Positions 1 through 10,067 are shown, counted from the stretch's first letter. The stretch: 32,000 nucleotides of DNA from Steroidobacteraceae bacterium (GCA_050739095.1 JBOIAR010000010.1:45710-77709), one strand, 5' to 3'. Notes: a model not told the origin generated them from the sequence alone. Made by a program: numbers and translations.

Positions 1-1
1 G

Positions 2-1273
2 CTCACGCGCGACGTCTGGACGCTCAACCCCGGCTTCGACTACTCACGCACCGGCGGGACCAATCGGACAGGGGTACAGATCGAGGATGTCAATACTCTC
101 GGGACAGGCACCGATGTCAGGCTCGAGCACAGCACCTCCGTCGATCGCACGGAGTCCGACGTCCAGGTGATGAACCCGCACACGTTCGGCACCTGGTTCA
201 CGACGGACCTCGCCTACGGCAGCTTGAGCGACGGCAAGATGCGTCAATTCATCCTCGACAGGCCCTTCTATTCGCTCGAGACCCAACATGCCGGCGGCAT
301 CACCGTCAGCGAGATCACCGAGGACGATTCGCTCTATGATCTCGGACAGGAAGTCGACAAGTTCGCCGACCACACCCGCTTCTTCCAGATCTACAGCGGC
401 TTCTCCCATGGCCTCGATAACGGCTGGACCCGCCGCTACAGCGCCGGGCTCTCCTACGACGAGCATACGTTTGCCGACTCGAATCTCTGGACCGGCCCCA
501 CCGTGCTGCCGCAGAACCGCAAGTTCGTGTATCCCTGGCTACGCTTCGATCTGGTTCAGGATCAATGGGTGAAGCTCCACAACCACGACCAGATCGAGCG
601 GACCGAGGACTTTGACATGGGCGCCTATGCCACGGTGCAGCTGGGCTGGGCCGATACGGCGTTCGGGAGCCAGAATGCCGTCCCTTTCCAGCTCGCCGCG
701 GGCGACGGCTATGAGCTGACTCGCGGTAACACACTCCTCGTCTCGAGCGTCTACACGGGCAGAGTCGAGGGCGGCTCGCTCGAGAACGGCGTGTTGAACA
801 GCGCCGTGCGCTTCTATGACGAGCAGTCGGGTTACTGGCCCTTTCGCAGCTCCAACGGCAACTGGCTCTTCTACACCACCCTCGAGGCGACCGCGGGCAA
901 ACGGCTCGACCTCGAGGACCAGATTCTCCTCGGAGGCGACAACGGCCTCCGGGGCTATCCGCTGCGCTACCAGGACGGCACCTCGCGCGCGCTCCTTTCC
1001 CTCGAGGAGCGCTACTTCAGCAACTGGTATCCGTTTCGCCTCTTTCGCGTCGGTGCCGCCGTATTCTTCGACATGGGCCGCACGTGGGGCCGTGTGCCAC
1101 TCGCGCAGCCGAGCCTGGGAATGCTCGAGGACGCCGGCTTCGGCCTGCGCTTCGGCAATGCCCGCACCGGCCTAGGCAACGTCATTCACGTCGATCTGGC
1201 CTTTCCCTTCAACGCGGGCCCGACCAACATCAGGCACGTGCAGTTCCTGGTGGAGACGAAGCAGGAGTTCTAG
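2..1273 (+). CDS. Omp85/BamA-family outer-membrane beta-barrel protein (bacterial surface antigen D15 domain), 5'-truncated by the window edge
   Basis: The reading frame is open from nt 2, with no stop upstream of the listed start at 167, so the gene enters from the left. The C-terminal half has Omp85 barrel hallmarks: LLGGDNGLRGYPLRY, amphipathic strand pattern, and a terminal aromatic residue (...ETKQEF). Confidence 0.7.
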   Translation, partial: LTRDVWTLNPGFDYSRTGGTNRTGVQIEDVNTLGTGTDVRLEHSTSVDRTESDVQVMNPHTFGTWFTTDLAYGSLSDGKMRQFILDRPFYSLETQHAGGITVSEITEDDSLYDLGQEVDKFADHTRFFQIYSGFSHGLDNGWTRRYSAGLSYDEHTFADSNLWTGPTVLPQNRKFVYPWLRFDLVQDQWVKLHNHDQIERTEDFDMGAYATVQLGWADTAFGSQNAVPFQLAAGDGYELTRGNTLLVSSVYTGRVEGGSLENGVLNSAVRFYDEQSGYWPFRSSNGNWLFYTTLEATAGKRLDLEDQILLGGDNGLRGYPLRYQDGTSRALLSLEERYFSNWYPFRLFRVGAAVFFDMGRTWGRVPLAQPSLGMLEDAGFGLRFGNARTGLGNVIHVDLAFPFNAGPTNIRHVQFLVETKQEF

Positions 1274-1315
1274 TTTGAAGCGCTGGATCCGGGCATCCTG
1301 CCCGGCCCAGCGCAC

Positions 1316-1345
1316 GTTGAGCAAAAAAGCGTGGTTTTTTGCTCA
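1316..1345. terminator. Bidirectional rho-independent terminator hairpin between convergent genes
   Basis: Perfect 12-bp stem TTGAGCAAAAAA / TTTTTTGCTCAA with a 6-nt loop (gcgtgg). The A-run and T-run give a U-tract on either strand. It lies 43 nt after the + strand stop (1273) and 50 nt after the - strand stop (1395). Confidence 0.8.
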
Positions 1346-1394
1346 ACGCCCGCCACCTGCGGCGGCGGGGCACTTCCCTGTGCCTTGCTTCATT

Positions 1395-1970
1395 CTACTT
1401 GCGCTTGGGACCGAGACCCGGAGGCGCCAGCACGGTGCCGTCGGGCAGACGAATGCCGCTGCCGCCCGGCGGCGAAGAGGGTTGGCGCCCAGGCGCCTTG
1501 GGAGCTTCGACGTTGGCGGGTGCCTTGGGACCCGTGCCTGAGGCCGTGGCCGGCGGCGGGGGGGTGCGGGAGGGCGCCTTGGGTGCGGGCTCGGCCTTTA
1601 CAGGCTGCAGCGCCGGCTCATCTTCCGGTACGTCTGGCGGGAGAACCTCCACGGAGAGCGTGAAGGTGCGCTTTTCCGCACCCTGTAGAGCCCCCACGTT
1701 GACGACCTGTCGATCGACCTCCTCGCCGCGATCGTTGCGGATCGAGAGGGTGATGAAGTACTCCCACGCCTCTTCGACCGGCGGATGGCGGATGATCCCC
1801 TCCACCTTGAGCGCCGAAGTCGCCGCCACCTGGCGCTTGGCCGCCTCCGAATCGAAGCGCAGATGATGCAGGCAGCCCGGGCAGATGCTCAGGCTTTCGA
1901 GGATGACCGCCTTGCAGTGCGGGCAGGGGCGCGTCTTGCCCGTCGGGGACGGGCGAGAGGCGAGGTTCAT
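1395..1970 (-). CDS. Hypothetical zinc-ribbon protein with a proline/alanine-rich C-terminal tail
   Basis: The N-terminus has CPHC...(12 aa)...CPGC, a four-Cys zinc-ribbon pattern. The central ~70 aa look globular. The C-terminal ~80 aa are low-complexity P/A/K-rich. The start ATG overlaps the bactofilin stop (ATGA at 1968-1972), which indicates translational coupling. Confidence 0.6.
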   Translation of the reverse strand: MNLASRPSPTGKTRPCPHCKAVILESLSICPGCLHHLRFDSEAAKRQVAATSALKVEGIIRHPPVEEAWEYFITLSIRNDRGEEVDRQVVNVGALQGAEKRTFTLSVEVLPPDVPEDEPALQPVKAEPAPKAPSRTPPPPATASGTGPKAPANVEAPKAPGRQPSSPPGGSGIRLPDGTVLAPPGLGPKRK

Positions 1971-2494
1971 CAGCTGCCGTATCCCTTCGTGTCAGCCTTG
2001 GTGCGCGTCTCGCCTTCCCAGCCGAACTCGACCTGGCCGCGCATGCGCGAGCCAGCGGCCACGGTGAGGGAGCCGGCCTTGACGTCGCCGGTGATCACGC
2101 CGCTTTCGAGGAGCTCCACGCGCCTGGCGTTGTCGATGTTCCCGATGAGCTCGCCGCCGACGACCACGACGCTGGCCTTCACCTGGCCCTCGAGGTGCGC
2201 GCCGGTATCGAGCGTCACGTTGCCGTCAACCTGCACATCGCCCTTGAAGCGGCCCGCGATGCGAACGTGACCGGAGCCTACGATCTTTCCCTCGATGGTG
2301 AGGTCCGAGGCAATGACCGATTCTTTCATGTCCAAGCGCTGCTCCTTGGCGGGACGGCGCGAGATTTCCGGGGTGAGCGGGGCGACGTTGCTCTTCTCTG
2401 GCTGGGCGGGTGGAGACGGCGTGCCGCCGAAGCCCGGCGAGGCTCCTGCCGAAGGAGTTGCGGTTCCCGTATTCGTGTCTTTCCAAAGCGCCAT
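1970..2494 (-). CDS. Bactofilin (polymer-forming cytoskeletal protein, DUF583 beta-helix)
   Basis: Typical bactofilin core: IASDLTIEGKIVGSGHVRIAGRFKGDVQVDGNVTLDTGAHLEGQVKASVVVVGGELIGNI...VITGDVKAGSLTVAAGSRMRGQVEF. I place the start at the internal ATG at 2494 (MALWKD...), which has a G-rich SD-like stretch upstream. The track ORF extends to 2575. Confidence 0.85.
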   Translation of the reverse strand: MALWKDTNTGTATPSAGASPGFGGTPSPPAQPEKSNVAPLTPEISRRPAKEQRLDMKESVIASDLTIEGKIVGSGHVRIAGRFKGDVQVDGNVTLDTGAHLEGQVKASVVVVGGELIGNIDNARRVELLESGVITGDVKAGSLTVAAGSRMRGQVEFGWEGETRTKADTKGYGS

Positions 2495-2647
2495 GAGATG
2501 GCCCCCGATCAAATGGTAAGAGGTAGAGCGTCGAAAGGTACTCGTCGCCGAGTCCAAGGGCCAGTGTCTCCACATGCCGACAACGCCCGGTCAAGCCTAC
2601 GCCGACGGCTCGGCGGTGCTTTCCGGGCGACAAACGGTGGCGCGGCT

Positions 2648-3088
2648 CTAGGCCGCCTGCGACCCGCAGCGCAGCGCGCGCAGCAATACGGCGAAGTCCG
2701 CCCCCTTGGTGACGAAGGCGGCGGCGCCCCGGCGCTTCGCCTCCCGGGCGACCTCCTCGCTGAAGGCGAGCCCGCTGAAGACGATGATCCGCAGCGACGG
2801 CAGGGCTTGAGCGAGCTCGCCGATGAGCGGCAGCCCACTGCCTCCCTGGAGCATGAGATCGAGTATGAGCACGTCCGCCTCGGTGCGCCGCGCCGCGGCC
2901 AGCACGTCGCCTGTATCGGATACCTGCCCGACGCAGCGCATGTCCGGCTCGGTATCGATCAACCGGCTCATGATGTCGCTGAGATCCTGATGGTTCTCGG
3001 CGATGAGCACTCGCAAAGGTTGCTTATGTTCCTGCAAGGGATTCCCTGCCTGGCGTGCAATGGGCCGCGGGCGCAGTGAGCAAGTCAC
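2648..3088 (-). CDS. Stand-alone response-regulator receiver domain (CheY-like, no output domain)
   Basis: Receiver signature: RVLIAENHQD, phospho-acceptor context ADVLILDLMLQGG, IIVFSG, and FVTKGAD (conserved Lys). The acidic pocket is E-N rather than D-D. The start is uncertain: GTG at 3088, or TTG at 3037 giving MQEHKQPLRVLI. Confidence 0.8.
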   Translation of the reverse strand: MTCSLRPRPIARQAGNPLQEHKQPLRVLIAENHQDLSDIMSRLIDTEPDMRCVGQVSDTGDVLAAARRTEADVLILDLMLQGGSGLPLIGELAQALPSLRIIVFSGLAFSEEVAREAKRRGAAAFVTKGADFAVLLRALRCGSQAA

Positions 3089-3109
3089 ATGCCCGGCGCA
3101 AGTCGCGCA

Positions 3110-4462
3110 TTACGTGTCGAGCAGCCGCAGCACTTCATCGGTCTTCTCCCGCAGCAACGGCTCGCTGCCACGCGCCTCCACGTTCAGGCGCACCAGCGGC
3201 TCGGTGTTGGAGCCGCGCAGGTTGAATCGCCAGTCCGGGAATTCCAGCGAAAGACCGTCGGTGAAGTCGATCGCGAGCGCTCGACTCTCGTACTGTTGGC
3301 GCACGCGGGCCAGGATCGATTTCGTATCCGCCTGCAAGTGCCGGTTGATCTCGCCGCTGATCGGATAGCGGCGCATGCGCTCGCCGACCAGCTGCGAGAG
3401 CGGGCCGCGCTCCGCCATCACCTGCAGCACGATGAGCCAGGGAATCATGCCGCTGTCGCAATAGGAAAAGCTGCGGAAATAGTGATGCGCGCTCATCTCC
3501 CCGCCGTAGACGCCATCGACCTCCCGCATCTTCTGCTTGATGAAGGCGTGACCCGACTTGCAGAGCACCGGCTCGCCTCCATGGCGGCGCACCAGCTCGA
3601 TGGTGTTCCAGGTGAGGCGCGGGTCGTGCACGATGCGCCCGCCTTGCTCCCGCGCCAGGAAGACCTCCGCCAGCAGTCCGACGAGGTAGTAACCCTCGAT
3701 GAACTGCCCGTGCTCGTCGAAGAAGAAGCAGCGGTCGTAATCCCCATCCCACGCCAATCCAACATCGGCCCCGGTGCGCCGGACGACATCCGCCGTGGCC
3801 GCGCGGTTCTCCTCCAGCATCGGGTTGGGAATCCCATTGGGGAAGGTACCGTCGGGCTGGTGATTGACCTTGATGAATTCGAACGGCAGGTGCGGCTCGA
3901 GCTGATCCACCACGAGGCCCGCGCCGCCGTTGCCCGGATTCACGACGACCTTGAGCTTGCGCAGCTTCGAGCGATCCACATATCCCAACAGGTGCTCGAG
4001 GTACTTCGTGCGGATGTCGAGCGGCCGGTCGCTCCCCGGCCGCGCCGCCGGCGCCGGCAGCCGGCCGGACTCGATCATATCGCGCATTTCCTTCAGCCCG
4101 GTGTCGCTGCTCACCGGGCGCGCCTGCTCGCGCACGAACTTCATGCCGTTGTAATCGGGTGGGTTGTGGCTGGCCGTCACCATGATGCCGCCGTCGAGCG
4201 ATTCGCAGAAGGTGGCGAAGTACGCCCCCTCCGTGCCCCAGAGCCCGATATCGAGCACATCCGACCCGGAGTCGGTGAGCCCTCGCTTGAGGGCGGCTGC
4301 AAGCTGCGGGCTCGAGAGACGGATGTCGTGCCCCACCGCCACCCGCCTTGGCCGGACCAGCGCCACAAACGCCCTGCCGATGTCATGCGCCAGGGACTCG
4401 TTGATCTCGTCCGGAATGCGGCCGCGGACGTCATACGCCTTGAAGGAGCTCAGATTGGTCAG
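3110..4462 (-). CDS. manB: Phosphomannomutase/phosphoglucomutase (alpha-D-phosphohexomutase family)
   Basis: The catalytic loop [18 protein letters not shown] is present, with the metal-binding region [11 protein letters not shown] and the sugar-binding region [10 protein letters not shown]. The first canonical start is GTG at 4366. However, the conserved N-terminus [17 protein letters not shown] is encoded in frame upstream of it. I therefore extend the call to a CTG at 4460-4462, which has AAGGGGA 7 nt upstream. See the finding on this start. Confidence 0.85.
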   Translation of the reverse strand: MTNLSSFKAYDVRGRIPDEINESLAHDIGRAFVALVRPRRVAVGHDIRLSSPQLAAALKRGLTDSGSDVLDIGLWGTEGAYFATFCESLDGGIMVTASHNPPDYNGMKFVREQARPVSSDTGLKEMRDMIESGRLPAPAARPGSDRPLDIRTKYLEHLLGYVDRSKLRKLKVVVNPGNGGAGLVVDQLEPHLPFEFIKVNHQPDGTFPNGIPNPMLEENRAATADVVRRTGADVGLAWDGDYDRCFFFDEHGQFIEGYYLVGLLAEVFLAREQGGRIVHDPRLTWNTIELVRRHGGEPVLCKSGHAFIKQKMREVDGVYGGEMSAHHYFRSFSYCDSGMIPWLIVLQVMAERGPLSQLVGERMRRYPISGEINRHLQADTKSILARVRQQYESRALAIDFTDGLSLEFPDWRFNLRGSNTEPLVRLNVEARGSEPLLREKTDEVLRLLDT

Positions 4463-5913
4463 GTGGTCGTCCCCTTGCGGCCGTAGTGGTCCTCGAGCCG
4501 CACGATGTCGTCCTCGCCCAGGTACGAGCCCGACTGGACCTCGATGATGTGCAGCGGGATCTTGCCCGGGTTCTCGATCCGGTGCCGCACCCCGATCGGG
4601 ATATAGGTCGACTGATTCTCCTCCAGCAGGAAAACCTCGTCGCCGCGAGTCACGCGCGCCGTCCCGGATACGACGATCCAGTGCTCCGCGCGGTGGTGAT
4701 GCAGCTGCAGCGACAGCACGGCACCCGGCTTGACCTTCAGCCGCTTCACCTGGAAGCGCGGCCCATTCTCGATGCTGTCATAGCTGCCCCAGGGCCGGAA
4801 GACCTCCCGATGCAGGGAGTGCTCGTACCGCCCCTGCTCTTTCAGCCTGAAGACCAGCTTTTTCACGTCCTGTACCCGATCGCGCGGCGCGACCAGCACA
4901 GCGTCCTTGGTCTCCACCACCACGTGGTCCTTCAGGCCGACCGCCGACACCAGCCGGCTTTCGGAGTAAAGATAGCACCCTTGCGAGTCCTCGCAGATCA
5001 CATCCCCGCGGGCGACATTGCCGTGCGCATCAGGCTCGCTCGCCTCATGCAGCGCCGCCCAGGAGCCGACATCACTCCAGCCCGCGGCCAGCGGCACCAC
5101 GACCGCATCGGAGGTCTTCTCCATCACCGCATAGTCGATCGAATCGGCAGGGCAGGCTTCGAAGAGCTTCTGGTCGACGCGGGTGAAATCGAGATCCGCC
5201 TTTGCGGCCGCGAACGCCTCCGCGCAGGCACGCGCGATGTCGGGCGCCAAGCGCCCCAGCTCCTCGAGGTAGCGCCGCGCACCGAAGAGAAACATGCCGC
5301 TGTTCCAGTAATAATCGCCCGAGCGGACGAAATCCCCCGCCGCGGCCGCGCTCGGCTTTTCCACGAAGCGCGCGATCCGGAAAACGGCGCCGCTTGCCTG
5401 ATCCTTTGCCTGGCCCCGCTGGCCCCTGTCAATCTGAATATAGCCGTAGCCGGTCTCCGGCGTCGTGGGCACGATGCCGAAGGTGACGAGCTGCCCCTGC
5501 TGGGCCGCACTCAGGGCCGCGTGCACCGCCCTGTGGAAGGCCGGCACGTCGCGGATCACGTGGTCGGCCGGCAGGACGAGGAGCAGCGGATCGGCGGCCT
5601 TCGGGCCGGTTGTCTTGAGCGCCGCGTGGGCGGCCAGAGCGATGGCGGGCGCCGTATTGCGCCCCACGGGCTCGAGCACGATCGCCTGCGGCTCGATACC
5701 GAGCTGGCGCATCTGCTCCGCCACGAGGAAGCGGTGCGCCTCGTTGCACACGATGACCGCCGCCGCCGCCGCCAGGCCCTCGAGGCGCAGGGCGGTCTGC
5801 TGAATCATGGTGCGCTTGCCGGTGAGCGCGAGGAGCTGCTTCGGGTAGAGCTCGCGCGAGAGCGGCCAGAGGCGCGTGCCGGCGCCGCCGGAGAGAATGA
5901 CTGGGGTAAGCAT
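4459..5913 (-). CDS. manC: Mannose-1-phosphate guanylyltransferase / mannose-6-phosphate isomerase (bifunctional, type II PMI-GMP)
   Basis: N-terminal nucleotidyltransferase motif [18 protein letters not shown]-terminal cupin/PMI region [17 protein letters not shown]...[13 protein letters not shown]. The start is set at ATG 5913 ([10 protein letters not shown]), with AGGAAA 6 nt upstream. The track ORF extends to 5985. Confidence 0.9.
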   Translation of the reverse strand: MLTPVILSGGAGTRLWPLSRELYPKQLLALTGKRTMIQQTALRLEGLAAAAAVIVCNEAHRFLVAEQMRQLGIEPQAIVLEPVGRNTAPAIALAAHAALKTTGPKAADPLLLVLPADHVIRDVPAFHRAVHAALSAAQQGQLVTFGIVPTTPETGYGYIQIDRGQRGQAKDQASGAVFRIARFVEKPSAAAAGDFVRSGDYYWNSGMFLFGARRYLEELGRLAPDIARACAEAFAAAKADLDFTRVDQKLFEACPADSIDYAVMEKTSDAVVVPLAAGWSDVGSWAALHEASEPDAHGNVARGDVICEDSQGCYLYSESRLVSAVGLKDHVVVETKDAVLVAPRDRVQDVKKLVFRLKEQGRYEHSLHREVFRPWGSYDSIENGPRFQVKRLKVKPGAVLSLQLHHHRAEHWIVVSGTARVTRGDEVFLLEENQSTYIPIGVRHRIENPGKIPLHIIEVQSGSYLGEDDIVRLEDHYGRKGTTT

Positions 5914-5935
5914 GGGTTTCCTGGCGGCTTCGGCG

Positions 5936-7288
5936 CTAGCGCAAGCGAGTCTCAGGGTTCGCCGACCGCCCGCGCCCGATCGCATGGTAGGTCAGGCCGA
6001 AGCGGCTGACCGTCGCCGGGTCGTAGAGGTTGCGGCCGTCGAAGATGAGCGGTGTCTTGAGTAATTGCTTCAGCCGCTCGAAGTCCGGGCTGCGAAATTC
6101 CTGCCACTCCGTCACGATCGCGAGGGCGTCCGCGCCCTCCGCCGCCTCATAGGCGTTGCGGGCAAGCTCGAAGTCCGCCCGGCCGCCGTAGATGCGCTTA
6201 GCCTCTGCCGCGGCCACGGGATCGTAGGCCCGCACCCGGGCGCCGGCCTGGAACAGCCGGTCGATGATGGTCCGGGAGGGTGCCTCTCGCATGTCGTCGG
6301 TGTTCGGCTTGAACGCGAGACCCCAGAGGGCGATGGTGCGCCCCGCGAGGCGCTCGCCGAAGTGCTGCCGCATTTTCGCGACCAGCACCTCCTTCTGCCG
6401 GGCGTTCACCGACTCTACCGCAGCCAAAATCTGCGGCTCATGATCGACCTCGTGGGCCGAGCGGATGAGCGCCCGGACGTCCTTGGGAAAGCAGGATCCG
6501 CCGTAGCCCGTACCAGGGTAGATGAAGCTGTAGCCGATCCGCGGGTCGGAGCCGATGCCGACACGGACTTTCTCGATGTCGGCCCCAAGCCGCTCCGCGA
6601 GGTTCGCCAGCTCGTTCATGAAGCTGATCTTGGTGGCGAGCATGGCGTTCGCCGCGTACTTGGTGAGCTCTGCGGAGCGGATGTCCATCACGATCAGGCG
6701 GTCGTGGTTGCGGGTGAAGGGCTCATAGAGCGCCCGCATCAGCTCCGTCGTACGCGGGTTGTCGGCTCCTACCACTACCCGGTCGGGCTTCATGAAATCC
6801 TGTACGGCCGCGCCTTCCTTGAGGAATTCCGGGTTCGAGACGACATCGAACTCGACGCCCGCCCCCCGCTCCTTCAGCGTCGACTCTACCTCCCGGCGCA
6901 CCTTGTCCGCCGTACCGACCGGCACCGTGGACTTGGTGACCACGACGCAGTAGCGGCTCATATGGGTCGCGATGCTGCGCGCTGCAGCCAGGACGTACCG
7001 CAGGTCCGCCGAGCCGTCCTCATCCGCCGGCGTCCCGACCGCAATCAGCTGGAAAAGCCCATGTTCCACGCCGTGCGCGGCGTCGGTGGTGAACTCGATT
7101 CGCCCGGCCTGCGCATTGCGGCGGATCAGGGCCTCGAGGCCGGGCTCGTGGATCGGGATCTCGCCGCCCTTGAGGCGCTCGATCTTCCCGGCATCGATGT
7201 CCACACACACGACGTGATTGCCGGCATCGGCCAGGCAAGCTCCCGTCACCAAACCGACATATCCGCAGCCAAAAATTGTGACACGCAT
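5936..7288 (-). CDS. ugd: UDP-glucose 6-dehydrogenase
   Basis: N-terminal Rossmann motif [20 protein letters not shown]. Catalytic Cys context [12 protein letters not shown]-terminal UDP-binding region [17 protein letters not shown]. Length is 450 aa. Confidence 0.9.
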   Translation of the reverse strand: MRVTIFGCGYVGLVTGACLADAGNHVVCVDIDAGKIERLKGGEIPIHEPGLEALIRRNAQAGRIEFTTDAAHGVEHGLFQLIAVGTPADEDGSADLRYVLAAARSIATHMSRYCVVVTKSTVPVGTADKVRREVESTLKERGAGVEFDVVSNPEFLKEGAAVQDFMKPDRVVVGADNPRTTELMRALYEPFTRNHDRLIVMDIRSAELTKYAANAMLATKISFMNELANLAERLGADIEKVRVGIGSDPRIGYSFIYPGTGYGGSCFPKDVRALIRSAHEVDHEPQILAAVESVNARQKEVLVAKMRQHFGERLAGRTIALWGLAFKPNTDDMREAPSRTIIDRLFQAGARVRAYDPVAAAEAKRIYGGRADFELARNAYEAAEGADALAIVTEWQEFRSPDFERLKQLLKTPLIFDGRNLYDPATVSRFGLTYHAIGRGRSANPETRLR

Positions 7289-7428
7289 CGTTGGGCAGCG
7301 TAACGGAAGGCTGGACCGCTCTCAAGCGCGACACTTGCCTAGGCTGATTCCAGGCCTTGACGGTCGACTGGGGATGTCAAAGCCAGCCTTCAGCGTGTCG
7401 GAAATGCCTATTCGACACGAACTTTGTG

Positions 7429-7458
7429 TTTTCAAACCGCCCAAGGTCTAGGTATACT
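7429..7458 (+). promoter_or_regulatory. Candidate sigma70-type promoter in the divergent ugd / priming-transferase intergenic region
   Basis: TTTTCA or TTCAAA (7429-7436), a 16-18 nt spacer, then TATACT (7453-7458). It would give a ~500 nt leader before the transferase start. This is a by-eye match only. Confidence 0.25.
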
Positions 7459-7955
7459 CCGCGCGACCTGAGAAGAAGCAATGCAGACGAGGGGATCACC
7501 TCAACCGCGCCACGCGGTTGCTTGGCTGGACTGACAAGCTGATGCACGGTCTCACGAAAGCAACAACGTTTCGGCCCCCGACCGGCGCGCCCCTCTGGGC
7601 GGTCGCCCTACTCCACCTGCCGCCACGCTCCCCGTAGCCATGATGGCTCGGCTGGAAGTCCGACCGAACTTCGCGCCGCTGCGCCGGCACCCACCACCGC
7701 GCAGCACGCGCCGGGAGCGCGATTTGCTCACGACTGTGAGCCGTGCACCTCGCTTGCATCACCTCAGGGGCATGAGGCTCAGGGGCATGGGGAACCGCCG
7801 CTTACCGGTCAACTTTCACAACGTACCGCCGTTAAGTTCGTGAAACGTGGAGCAAGTTCTTGAACGCAGGCGCCGGCGCGGGGAATACTCAACAGCATGT
7901 CTGTCGCCCGCCCGCGACAGTGGTCAGTCATTGAGTGAGGGAAGGAGACTCGATC

Positions 7956-8813
7956 TTGTCGACGCAGCAGGCAAACGAGGCAGCACCCCAACGATTGGCG
8001 GCCGCCGGTTCCGCGCGCAGGCCGCCCCTGCGACCTCATCTGGTCTCGAGTGGAGACAGGCGCGTGAGCTTCGACTCTGAAATCCAGGCGGAGAGCGCTG
8101 CCGTAGCGTTCGAGCATGGGACTGCAGGGCTGCATTCCTTCGAACCGCGGCCATGGGAGGAATCCCCCGCGCCGGCCCGCGAGCAGATTGCGCTACCCGC
8201 CTCGCCCTATGCTCCCGCGAAGAGAATTCTCGACGTCGTAGGCGCGATCGTGCTGGCGGTAGTCTTCCTGCCCCTCATCCTCGCCATCGTGATGCTGATG
8301 GGCCGGCGGGGAGGCTCGATCATCTACAAGCACCGCCGCATAGGCAAAGACGGCCGGGCGTTCGAATGTCTGAAGTTCCGCACGATGGTCCCTAACGCGG
8401 ACCAGCTCCTGCGGGAGCTGCTGGAGCGCGACCCCGCCAGCAAGGCCGAATGGGTGCGCGACCACAAGCTGCGGCGCGACCCTCGCGTGACCCCCATCGG
8501 CAGATTCCTTCGCAGGACGAGTCTGGATGAGCTGCCGCAGCTCTGGAACGTGATGCGCGGAGAGATGAGCCTGGTCGGACCGCGTCCGGTGGTTCGAGAG
8601 GAGCTCCTAAGGTACGGGCGAAACGTTCGCACCTACCTCTCGGCCAAGCCGGGAATCACCGGGCTTTGGCAGGTGAAGGGGCGCAACGATACCGACTACC
8701 GGCGGCGGGTGGTGCTGGATACCTACTACGTTAGAAACCAGAGGCTGCTTCTGGACCTCTACATCCTCTTGAAGACCACGCGCGTCGTTCTCGGAGGAAG
8801 CGGAGCATACTGA
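7956..8813 (+). CDS. Initiating sugar-phosphate transferase (bacterial sugar transferase family, WbaP/EpsB-like C-terminal domain type)
   Basis: AKRILDVVGAIVLAVVFLPLILAIV (TM helix) followed by YKHRRIGKDGRAFECLKFRTM...DELPQLWNVMRGEMSLVGPRP...KPGITGLWQV. The start is set at TTG 7956, which has AAGGAGA 7 nt upstream. The track ORF begins at GTG 7935. Confidence 0.85.
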   Translation: MSTQQANEAAPQRLAAAGSARRPPLRPHLVSSGDRRVSFDSEIQAESAAVAFEHGTAGLHSFEPRPWEESPAPAREQIALPASPYAPAKRILDVVGAIVLAVVFLPLILAIVMLMGRRGGSIIYKHRRIGKDGRAFECLKFRTMVPNADQLLRELLERDPASKAEWVRDHKLRRDPRVTPIGRFLRRTSLDELPQLWNVMRGEMSLVGPRPVVREELLRYGRNVRTYLSAKPGITGLWQVKGRNDTDYRRRVVLDTYYVRNQRLLLDLYILLKTTRVVLGGSGAY

Positions 8814-8905
8814 AGGCGAATCGGGGTTTTTCGCACGCCGCCGACTCCGCCGCCGATGGCGTAAAGGATGTCCTGTCCCTCAGGGCGACGCCCATAGCAG
8901 AACAA

Positions 8906-9892
8906 GTGCGGCAGTTCCGAGCCATTGCATGTGACGCCTGCGAGCGCTCCGTGACACCACAGATTAACTGTAACGGGTGTCCGACGGTTTTGGTGCTGCT
9001 CGCCTGCTACAACGGGGGAGCCTGGATTCGCTCGCAGCTCGAATCCATCCTCGCCCAGCAGGAGGTCGATGTTCGAGTCGCCATCAGAGACGATGGGTCG
9101 TCCGATGCAACCCTGACGGAGATCGCACATTTCGGTGGCGACGATCGGGTCCGAATGGCCTCCAGTTCCGCCCGCACCGGCTCAGCGGCGCAGAACTTCC
9201 TCAGACTCATACGGGACCATCCGGCGGATGGGTTCGAGTTCGTCGCACTAGCGGACCAGGACGACATCTGGAGTCACGACAAGCTCGCGAGGGCCTGCCG
9301 AAAGCTGAGTGAGAGCCAGTCTGCCGGATACTCGAGCGCTACAATCGCGGCTTGGCCGAATGGCCGCACGGCCGTGCTGCGACAGGCCGACGTTATGACG
9401 GCGGGTGATTTCCTCCTTGAAGGAGCCGGCCAAGGCTGCACTTTCGTGCTCCGTGCAGATCTTTATCGACAAGTCCGCCAGTTCGTGACGGCGCATCAGT
9501 CCCTGACTGGGGCATTGCATTACCACGATTGGATGATCTATGCCCTTGCCCGATCGTGGGGTCATTCCTGGACGTTCGATCCGTCACCCTCGGTCACTTA
9601 TCGGCAGCACGCCGGCAACGACACCGGCGCACGCACCAGCGTGGCTGGGATACGAAAACGGCTCGCTCGCATGAGACGAGGCTGGTACCGCGCTCAGCTT
9701 ACGGCGATCTGCGCCGTATGCGCTGCCGCAGGGCCCTATAATGTCGTCGTGGCCGAGTGGAATTCGCTGTTGCTTGCGAACAGCGGCTGGCGACGCAAGC
9801 TCCGGATGATGCTCTTCTGCCTCAGAGGGGGCAGACGCAGAGTTCTGGACAACTTGATTGTCGTCTTCGCGGCCCTTGCCGGCTGGATCTAA
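8906..9892 (+). CDS. Family 2 glycosyltransferase (GT-A fold)
   Basis: VLVLLACYNGGAWIRSQLESILAQQ...VAIRDDGSSDAT...ALADQDDIW is a typical GT2 N-terminal domain with DxD-like motifs. The start is uncertain: GTG 8906 or GTG 8951. Confidence 0.8.
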   Translation: MRQFRAIACDACERSVTPQINCNGCPTVLVLLACYNGGAWIRSQLESILAQQEVDVRVAIRDDGSSDATLTEIAHFGGDDRVRMASSSARTGSAAQNFLRLIRDHPADGFEFVALADQDDIWSHDKLARACRKLSESQSAGYSSATIAAWPNGRTAVLRQADVMTAGDFLLEGAGQGCTFVLRADLYRQVRQFVTAHQSLTGALHYHDWMIYALARSWGHSWTFDPSPSVTYRQHAGNDTGARTSVAGIRKRLARMRRGWYRAQLTAICAVCAAAGPYNVVVAEWNSLLLANSGWRRKLRMMLFCLRGGRRRVLDNLIVVFAALAGWI

Positions 9893-10067
9893 TCCCCTCG
9901 TTGCCTCATTCAGCGTTTTGTTCGAGAGACCCGATGAGGCTATGAAATGGGTACCGCGCGTCGAAAGCGTGTAATGCGCAGTTCTACCTACCAAAAGACG
10001 CGGGAGCACCTGCTGCTGGCGATCATGCGGATGTCCGAGCCTCCCGGCACCGTCGATCGCGTGGTGC

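Noticed and set aside
4459-4462. manC-manB fusion by programmed frameshifting at the CTGA overlap
   Set aside because: No slippery heptamer or downstream structure is evident. An SD-like AAGGGGA at the proper distance makes independent, coupled initiation at CTG the simpler explanation.
3089-7303. Long + strand ORFs (3089-4486, 4486-6009, 6065-7303) opposite manB, manC and ugd
   Set aside because: These are antisense shadow ORFs of high-GC genes. The products are Arg/Ala/Pro/His-rich with no recognisable motifs, while the minus-strand genes have unambiguous family signatures.
7640-8154. Small ORFs in the ugd/transferase intergenic region (7640-7843 +, 7809-8135 -, 7924-8154 -)
   Set aside because: There are no SD sequences. 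The products are Arg/Pro-rich and the ORFs overlap each other, so they are most likely non-coding leader or promoter DNA.
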